Assembly (NCBI GenBank): GCA_028719205.1
Contig: JAQUKH010000001.1
Span: 144,603-197,039 of the forward strand
Length of the DNA: 52,437 nucleotides
Reading direction: 5' to 3'
Source: a bacterium
Lineage (GTDB): Bacteria; JACRDZ01; JAQUKH01
Part shown: positions 46,267 to 52,437 of the stretch, in pieces
Numbering within the stretch: the stretch's first letter is position 1
How the letters are laid out: each line of letters begins with the position of its first letter
The notes under the pieces: model-generated
What the model saw: the letters and a program-made list of their open reading frames with translations, nothing else
Told to the model about the DNA's origin: nothing
The model's database searches: none
Made by a program: the position numbers and the translations under genes

Positions 46267-46311
46267 ACCTCCCCCTTCCCCTCCTTGGCAAGGAGAGGAT
46301 TAAGGGGTGGT
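46267..46311. repeat. REP-like palindromic element, copy 2
   Basis: ACCTCCCCCTTCCCCTCCTTGGCAAGGAGAGGATTAAGGGGTGGT; two mismatches to the copy at 19167-19211. Confidence 0.85.
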
Positions 46312-46346
46312 GAATAAAATGGCGTAAAAAATAATTACACTTAAAA

Positions 46347-47276
46347 ATGAACAAAAAAATAATATTTATACTATCAGGCCTGTTAGTAGTAATAATCTTG
46401 GCAATATTTTTTTACCAGAAACCAATAAATTTAACCACAATAGAAGATATTAACGAGGCATCACAAAAGGCCAAAACCGGCGACAAAAGAGCTATAAAAT
46501 TTTTGATCAGAAATTTAGAAAATGCGAATACCGATATACAAAAAGAGGCTTATAACAGTATCACAAAAATCGGCAAACCTGCTGTTCCATTGCTTTTAAA
46601 ACTTCTCGAAAACAAAGACCCTGCTTTACAGGACTATGGCGCGGGCCTTTTAGGGGGTATTAAGGATAAGGAAACCGTACCGGTATTGATAAAAAATCTT
46701 TTTTCACCGGATTTTAAACATAAATATGTTTTATGCTGGGCGTTAGGCGAGATCAGCGACACAAGCGCTATCATTCCTTTGATCAGCCTTTATCCAAAAG
46801 AAAAAGAAGACACCCAAAAATATATTTTAAGGTCCATAGTTAAGATCGGTAAGCCCGCGATACCTTTTCTTTTAAATAATCTCGAAAGTAATGATCTAAA
46901 TCTCCAAAAATTAAGTATTCTTTCATTAGGACAGATCCGCGGGAAAGATCTTGTGCCCCCGCTTCTTAAAATTGTAAATGAAAAAAATATTGAATATGTA
47001 GTTTTAGCGCTGGGAGACCTGGCTGACCCCGAGGGTATCGATTTTCTAGTCAAATCTTTAAAACATCCCGTCTGGCAGGTCCGGCAAAAGTCCGCCCAGT
47101 CATTAACCCGTTTTACCGACACGAGAATTTTACCGCCTCTTCGCGCCGCCCTGAATGATGAAGTAGTGGCTGTCCGTGAATGGGCCGCGAAGGCAATCGA
47201 ATGTATCAGCGAAGAGAAATGTAAATATAAAAACGGAAAAGGAGAACTTGTTTTTCCTGACAGTTTATATCGTTAA
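46347..47276 (+). CDS. Membrane-anchored HEAT-repeat (PBS-lyase-like) protein
   Basis: N-terminal TM; IGKPAVPLL, ALGEI, IGKPAIPFL, VR..AA.A repeats. Confidence 0.8.
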   Translation: MNKKIIFILSGLLVVIILAIFFYQKPINLTTIEDINEASQKAKTGDKRAIKFLIRNLENANTDIQKEAYNSITKIGKPAVPLLLKLLENKDPALQDYGAGLLGGIKDKETVPVLIKNLFSPDFKHKYVLCWALGEISDTSAIIPLISLYPKEKEDTQKYILRSIVKIGKPAIPFLLNNLESNDLNLQKLSILSLGQIRGKDLVPPLLKIVNEKNIEYVVLALGDLADPEGIDFLVKSLKHPVWQVRQKSAQSLTRFTDTRILPPLRAALNDEVVAVREWAAKAIECISEEKCKYKNGKGELVFPDSLYR

Positions 47277-47299
47277 GCAGTGAATAGTAGTAACATAAA

Positions 47300-48748
47300 A
47301 TGAAGAATTTACTTAAAAATAAAACTATAAAAGATTTAATAAAGCAAGGGTTATTCCCGGGTCTGTTTCAATTTTTAACTCTGGTTGTTCTAATTTTAAT
47401 TTTAGTTTGGACATGGCCGAATCACAATATTGCCGGAATTTCAGCGTCTGATCCGCTGATCTATACAAATCTCGGTAACCTGCTTTTTTGGATCTATTGG
47501 ATGATGGGAATGATAATTCTTGTTCTTCTATGGGGAAGAACATGGTGCGCCATCTGCCCTATCGGAATGGTCAACGGTATCGCGGGCAAATTTGGATTAA
47601 AGCTCAATTATCCTAAAAAATTGCGCAACTGGTATCTTCTTGTTGTTGTTTTTATACTTTTACAAATAACAATTAATATATCAAAATTAAATCATTATCC
47701 TGACTTAACCGCTCGCCTTATATTTATTTTTATTCTTCTTGGCACTATATTCGGTCTGCTTTTTCGCGGCCGTGTTTTCTGCAGATATTTATGCCCCGTT
47801 GGCAGTATGATCGGAGTCTATTCCTGTTTTTCCCCTCTCGAACTTCGCGTAAAAGATAAAAAAATATGCGCGCAATGCCTTAACAGGGAATGCGTCAAAG
47901 GTAAAACAAACGCGTTTTCCCTTTGTTTAGGAAAAACCGAGTTCCCTGTACAAAATAACGCTATACCCTGCCCTGCCGATATTTTTCCCGCGACACTTGA
48001 AGAAAATACACATTGCTATTTTTGCGGACAATGCGTAAAAGTCTGCCCTAATGATAATGTCCGGTGGAACACAAGAAATATATTTAAAGAAGTGCTTCTG
48101 CCAAATGAAAGGCCTTTTTCTGAAACACTTTTTATCATCGTATTATTAGGCATGATAATGGAAAAATTTGTCCCGATGTGGCCGGGTCTGCAGGAGAAAA
48201 TATTCCCTGAAAGTTTACCCGCTCTAATATTTTATATCTGGATATATCTGATCCTGCCGGGAATAATAATTCTTTTACCGTCTTTTTTGATTTATTTTAT
48301 TTCCAAAATAAGGATTAAACAGCCCGATGAAACCGGCCAAACCGCTGAACCGGTATCCTTAAATAAAATAATCGCCTATGGAAGTAATATTTTCATTCCG
48401 GTTATATTCTTTTCGCATTTCGCGTTAGCCCTGGTAAAAATATTCACTCGCGGAGGATATATTTTTTACGGATTAATGGATCCCGTGGGCATAAAAACAT
48501 ACAGGGCTATTTACCAGGCCGAAATCATAAAAGCTCCTGAAAGTATTCTTCCTGTTTTCATACTCCGCTGGATTGTGCTTTTACCCGTTATTTTCGGAAG
48601 CATCATCTCTCTGATCACCGTTTTCAAATTAATTAGATCTAATTCATTCAACAAAAACAGCTACGCCTTCGCAATCATAAATTCCGTAGTAATTTTTGCC
48701 GTAAGTTTAATGTTTTTATTGATCGTTAGAAATTGGTTATTCAATTAA
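47300..48748 (+). CDS. Polytopic membrane 4Fe-4S-binding protein (NapH/MauN-like polyferredoxin)
   Basis: GRTWCAICP, FCRYLCPVG, CAQC...C, CYFCGQCVKVCP; about 9-10 hydrophobic segments. Confidence 0.8.
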   Translation: MKNLLKNKTIKDLIKQGLFPGLFQFLTLVVLILILVWTWPNHNIAGISASDPLIYTNLGNLLFWIYWMMGMIILVLLWGRTWCAICPIGMVNGIAGKFGLKLNYPKKLRNWYLLVVVFILLQITINISKLNHYPDLTARLIFIFILLGTIFGLLFRGRVFCRYLCPVGSMIGVYSCFSPLELRVKDKKICAQCLNRECVKGKTNAFSLCLGKTEFPVQNNAIPCPADIFPATLEENTHCYFCGQCVKVCPNDNVRWNTRNIFKEVLLPNERPFSETLFIIVLLGMIMEKFVPMWPGLQEKIFPESLPALIFYIWIYLILPGIIILLPSFLIYFISKIRIKQPDETGQTAEPVSLNKIIAYGSNIFIPVIFFSHFALALVKIFTRGGYIFYGLMDPVGIKTYRAIYQAEIIKAPESILPVFILRWIVLLPVIFGSIISLITVFKLIRSNSFNKNSYAFAIINSVVIFAVSLMFLLIVRNWLFN

Positions 48749-49155
48749 AACGGGACTTCATCAGTCGGCCCTTCAAATTCAGATTCAGATGATTGATTTT
48801 TTTTACCGGCGGATGCCCCGTCTTTCTTCGGTGATTTGAAGAACACGCTTTCAGCTATTACTTCTGAAATATAGTGTTTCGTGCCATCCTTGCCGTCATA
48901 AGACCGGTTTTCTATCCTGCCCTGAACTGTCACAAATGTCCCTTTAGTCAGCCTCTCCGCTACATGTTCTGCGAGTTTTTGCCAGCAGACAATATTATGA
49001 AATGTAGTTACTTCTTCCCATTTATCATCTTTTTTAATACTCCGGCTGGTAGCAAGCCCAAACTTGGCAACTGCGGCTCCTGACGGCGTAAAACGCAATT
49101 CAGGATCTTTGGTAACATTTCCGATCAGAAAACATATGTTTTGCGAAAATTGCAT
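48745..49155 (-). CDS. ssb: Single-stranded DNA-binding protein
   Basis: LIGN..KDPELRFT.SG, V.VQGR...R.Y, acidic tail DEVPF. Confidence 0.95.
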   Translation of the reverse strand: MQFSQNICFLIGNVTKDPELRFTPSGAAVAKFGLATSRSIKKDDKWEEVTTFHNIVCWQKLAEHVAERLTKGTFVTVQGRIENRSYDGKDGTKHYISEVIAESVFFKSPKKDGASAGKKNQSSESEFEGPTDEVPF

Positions 49156-49292
49156 GATTTTTCCTTTCTATAAAATAAAAAAATAAAGACCGAAGTAATA
49201 ATATATCATTTTAAAATGTAAATCAATGATTTTATTTGCATTGTTATCCTTTCTATGATATATTTTCAGGCGAAACAAATATATATAAAAAA

Positions 49293-49718
49293 ATGGCACC
49301 ATTTATAAAAATTAAATTATTTGCTAACCATGGCCACATTAATAATGAAATGGAGAAAATGATAAGACATATTTCGATATTTAATACTCCGTTAGCAATG
49401 ATAAATGAAAATATCTGGCATCCTCCAACAGATGTCTGCGAGAATAAAAATGAATTTATTATCGTAATGGAGATAGCCGGAATGAAAAAGAATGATTTTG
49501 ATATATCAGTTTCAAACGACGCTCTTACTATTTCAGGCCACCGCCATACCAATGCAAAAGAATGTAAAACTCCGAATAATTATAACCAGATGGAAATACA
49601 TACCGGTTATTTTGAAAAAATTATTTATTTACCGATCAAAATTAACACTAAAAAAATAAAGGCAACTTATCAAAACGGTTTTCTGAAAATTATTTTATCT
49701 AAAACCTTTAAAAGATAA
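49293..49718 (+). CDS. Small heat shock protein (Hsp20/alpha-crystallin)
   Basis: W.PPTDV.E, EIAGM, LTISG.R, MEI..G.FE..I.LP, A.Y.NGFL.I.L; start moved to ATG 49293 because the track's TTG 49236 coincides with a TTGCAT-N17-TATATT promoter. Confidence 0.88.
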   Translation: MAPFIKIKLFANHGHINNEMEKMIRHISIFNTPLAMINENIWHPPTDVCENKNEFIIVMEIAGMKKNDFDISVSNDALTISGHRHTNAKECKTPNNYNQMEIHTGYFEKIIYLPIKINTKKIKATYQNGFLKIILSKTFKR

Positions 49719-49733
49719 TTCTAAAAAATAAAT

Positions 49734-52082
49734 ATGAGCAGATTAGACGGATTCAGCCAGGACGAAATAGAACATATAGATGTACCTGATACTCTCCCCA
49801 TCCTGCCGATAAGAGACACTGTACTTTATCCTTTTATCAGCATACCCCTTATCATCAATTCAAAAAAATCTATCAAGCTGCTGGATGATATTATGTCCGG
49901 CGATAAAACTTTGGGGCTTGTTGCTACACATGGAAATATAGAAGACCCGAAAGCTTCTGACCTTTATTTATTTGGAACCGCGGCAAAGGTAATTCGTCTT
50001 TTGAAATTTCCGGAAGGAACGATCCGGATAATCGTAAGCGGGATCCGCAGAATAAAAATAGACAAAATAATACAGGAAGAACCATATTTCGTTTCTAAAA
50101 TTACCCATGTAAAGGATCTAATAGATAATAATATTGAGCTTGAAGCAACGGCGAAAAATGCCGCCACCCAATTTCATAAGATCATTTCTCTTCAGCCGTA
50201 TCTGCCCGACGAATTAAAAATTGTCGCGATGAATATTGACAACCCCGGGCTTTTGGCTGATTTTGTCGCGTCGAATTTGAATCTCAGCGTTGTGGAAAAA
50301 CAGGATATTCTTGAAACCTTTGACGTTAAAACCCGTTTGGAAAAAGTTACGGTATTCCTGAATAAAGAACTGAAACTTCTCGAATTAGGATCCAAAATCC
50401 AGGAGAATGTGCAGAATAAGATCGACAAAACACAGCGTGAATTTTATTTGCGTGAACAAATGAAAGCTATACAGAATGAGTTAGGAGATGATGATGAACG
50501 CAGTTTAGAGGTTAAGGAATTAAGAGATAAAATTGAAAAAGCAAATATGCCGAAAGATGTCGAAAAAGAGGCTGTAAAAGAAATTAACAGGCTGCAGAAA
50601 ATGCCTCCCGGCGCCGCGGAATATACCGTATCCAGAAATTACCTGGACTGGTTAATATCACTGCCCTGGAGCATAGAAACAAAAGACAACCTCGAGATCG
50701 TTGACGCGAAAAAGATCCTTGATGACGACCATTACAACCTTGAAAAAGTTAAAGAAAGAATTTTAGAATATCTCGGAGTACGAAAACTGAAGCAGGATAT
50801 GAAGGGCCCTATTCTATGTTTCGTAGGCCCGCCCGGCGTTGGAAAAACATCTCTTGGAAAATCTATCGCGAGGGCGCTAGGCAGGAAATTTATCAGAATG
50901 TCTTTAGGCGGTGTCCGTGATGAGGCTGAAATAAGAGGACACAGGCGGACTTATGTAGGAGCTCTGCCCGGGAAAATAATTCAGGGAATCCAAAAGGCAG
51001 GTTCCAGAAATCCTGTTTTTATGCTGGATGAAATTGACAAACTTGGAACTGATTTCCGTGGAGATCCGTCATCCGCTCTTTTAGAGGTACTTGATCCGGA
51101 ACAAAATAACAGTTTTACAGACCATTATATTAACCTTCCTTTCGATCTGTCCAAAGTAATGTTTATTACCACGGCAAATATTCTTGACCCGATTCCACCT
51201 GCACTTAGGGACAGGATGGAAGTAATTGAATTACCCGGTTACTCTCTTGACGAAAAAATATTTATCGTGGAAAGATTTCTTATCCCCAGGCAATTAAAGG
51301 AGCACGGATTGACTAACGAAAACCTGCAATTTTCGAAAGATGTCTTACCGGAAATTATACAAAATTACACTCAGGAAGCCGGTTTAAGGAATCTGGAAAG
51401 AGAAATTGCCACTATCTGCAGGAAAACAGCAAAAGAGATCGCTAGCGGTTCTAAAAACAAATTTGTTATACAAAAGAAAAATTTATATAATTATCTAGGG
51501 CAGATAAAATATTATTCTGAAACCGCGCAACGCCTGACTGAACCCGGCATAGCTATCGGCCTCGCATGGACCCCGACAGGCGGGGACATAATTTTCATTG
51601 AATCAACAATGATGAAAGGCGGTAAAAATCTTAGCCTTACAGGACAGCTTGGTAATGTAATGAAAGAATCCGCGCAGGCAGGCTTAAGCTACATACGGTC
51701 ACACTCAAAAAAATTAAAGATAAAAGAGGATTTTTTTGATAAATACGATATACATCTTCATGTACCGGCCGGAGCGATCCCAAAAGACGGCCCATCAGCA
51801 GGAACTTCCATTACTACCTCTCTTGTTTCTCTTCTTACCGGGCGAAAGGTAAAAAATAATCTTGCAATGACCGGTGAAATTACTCTGAGGGGAACGATCC
51901 TCCCTGTCGGCGGGATAAAAGAAAAGGTTTTGGCCGCGCTGCGAGCCGGTATAAAAACAATTATACTGCCTGAAAAAAACAAAAAAGATATTATAGAACT
52001 CCCGACTCATATAAAAAATAAATTAAAATTTATTTATGTAAATAAGATAGATGAAGTTTTAAAGGCGGCATTGGAAAGGTAA
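49734..52082 (+). CDS. lon: ATP-dependent Lon protease
   Basis: LON N-domain, GPPGVGKTS, DEAEIRGHRRTY, LDEIDK, PKDGPSAG, VGGIKEK. Confidence 0.98.
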   Translation: MSRLDGFSQDEIEHIDVPDTLPILPIRDTVLYPFISIPLIINSKKSIKLLDDIMSGDKTLGLVATHGNIEDPKASDLYLFGTAAKVIRLLKFPEGTIRIIVSGIRRIKIDKIIQEEPYFVSKITHVKDLIDNNIELEATAKNAATQFHKIISLQPYLPDELKIVAMNIDNPGLLADFVASNLNLSVVEKQDILETFDVKTRLEKVTVFLNKELKLLELGSKIQENVQNKIDKTQREFYLREQMKAIQNELGDDDERSLEVKELRDKIEKANMPKDVEKEAVKEINRLQKMPPGAAEYTVSRNYLDWLISLPWSIETKDNLEIVDAKKILDDDHYNLEKVKERILEYLGVRKLKQDMKGPILCFVGPPGVGKTSLGKSIARALGRKFIRMSLGGVRDEAEIRGHRRTYVGALPGKIIQGIQKAGSRNPVFMLDEIDKLGTDFRGDPSSALLEVLDPEQNNSFTDHYINLPFDLSKVMFITTANILDPIPPALRDRMEVIELPGYSLDEKIFIVERFLIPRQLKEHGLTNENLQFSKDVLPEIIQNYTQEAGLRNLEREIATICRKTAKEIASGSKNKFVIQKKNLYNYLGQIKYYSETAQRLTEPGIAIGLAWTPTGGDIIFIESTMMKGGKNLSLTGQLGNVMKESAQAGLSYIRSHSKKLKIKEDFFDKYDIHLHVPAGAIPKDGPSAGTSITTSLVSLLTGRKVKNNLAMTGEITLRGTILPVGGIKEKVLAALRAGIKTIILPEKNKKDIIELPTHIKNKLKFIYVNKIDEVLKAALER

Positions 52083-52105
52083 ACAAGGGGTCATGACCCC
52101 TTGTT
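52082..52105. terminator. Perfect 24-bp palindrome between convergent lon and gltD, likely bidirectional terminator
   Basis: AACAAGGGGTCATGACCCCTTGTT is its own reverse complement. Confidence 0.7.
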
Positions 52106-52107
52106 AT

Positions 52108-52437
52108 TTATTTTGACAGGTAATCGTCAATCGCTTTTGCGGCATTCCGTCCTTCGGATATCGCCCAGACAATTAATGACTGGCCCCGGCGCATGTCGCC
52201 ACAGGCAAATATTCCATTTTGAGATGTGAGATAATTCTGGCTGGTTTTAACATTGCCTCTTTGATCCAGCTCAACCGCGGATTCTTTAAGCAGGCCTTCA
52301 TGTTCAGGGTGGACAAAACCTAACGCAAGTATAATGAGATCCGCATTAATTTCAAACTCCGTCCCGGGGATCTCTTTCATAACATGAGCGCCCTTAGCAT
52401 CTTTTTGCCATTCAACATTCACGCATATAATCTTTTT
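52108..52437 (-). CDS. gltD: Glutamate synthase small subunit, C-terminal part (runs off window end)
   Basis: ADL.ILALGF, IFACGDMRRGQSL.VWAI.EGR.AA; frame open to base 52437. Confidence 0.9.
   Translation of the reverse strand, partial: KKIICVNVEWQKDAKGAHVMKEIPGTEFEINADLIILALGFVHPEHEGLLKESAVELDQRGNVKTSQNYLTSQNGIFACGDMRRGQSLIVWAISEGRNAAKAIDDYLSK

Noticed and set aside
19167-46311. CRISPR interpretation of the 45-bp repeat
   Set aside because: Only two copies 27 kb apart, no spacers, no cas genes
49236-49292. TTG start and 19-aa N-terminal extension of Hsp20 given in the ORF track
   Set aside because: The TTG is the -35 box of a TTGCAT-N17-TATATT promoter; ATG 49293 is more plausible
49156-49292. 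CIRCE (HrcA) or CtsR heat-shock operator upstream of hsp20-lon
   Set aside because: No TTAGCACTC-N9-GAGTGCTAA or GTCAA direct repeats found
1046-52010. Many short ORFs in the track lying antisense to or inside long genes (e.g. 1046-1330, 5371-5769, 10596-11009, 31302-31745, 46790-47122, 51758-51982)
   Set aside because: Fully overlap well-supported genes and show no recognisable motifs; typical shadow ORFs
1-52437. tRNA, rRNA, riboswitch, IS element or prophage
   Set aside because: Intergenic gaps are at most about 150 bp, AT-rich and explained by promoters or hairpins; no transposase, integrase or phage genes recognised. A covariance-model scan was not possible.

Overview
AT-rich, gene-dense bacterial chromosome segment, probably from a diderm (lolC/E-lolD, lipoproteins, a predicted outer-membrane barrel). 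Most genes lie on the minus strand. Housekeeping genes: ilvE (partial), lolD, lolC/E, lysS, a GuaB3-type IMP dehydrogenase, coaX, birA, nadC, bioBAD, an RluB-like synthase, phoH, a PgpH-like HD protein, ybeY, aspS, hisS, murB, ssb, hsp20, lon and gltD (partial). Accessory content: (1) a non-cellulosomal cohesin-dockerin set, made of a cohesin lipoprotein next to a dockerin-tailed M6 metalloprotease, plus a second dockerin-tailed ~990-aa surface protein about 26 kb away; (2) a four-gene operon of CHASE2 adenylate cyclase, predicted OM beta-barrel, FecR-Ig protein and that dockerin surface protein, which looks like a trans-envelope cAMP signalling system; (3) a four-gene redox operon (EB_dh-like heme lipoprotein, beta-sandwich protein, HEAT protein, membrane polyferredoxin); (4) a diguanylate cyclase with Asp-to-Glu at both receiver sites. 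Non-coding signals read from the sequence: a BirA operator over the bioB promoter, a consensus sigma28 promoter before a LysM gene, two copies of a 45-bp REP-like hairpin, two terminator-like hairpins, and several sigma70 promoters placed so that transcripts would be leaderless or nearly so. I saw no rRNA, tRNA, CRISPR array, transposase or prophage gene. All protein calls come from motif recognition by eye; no database searches were run.
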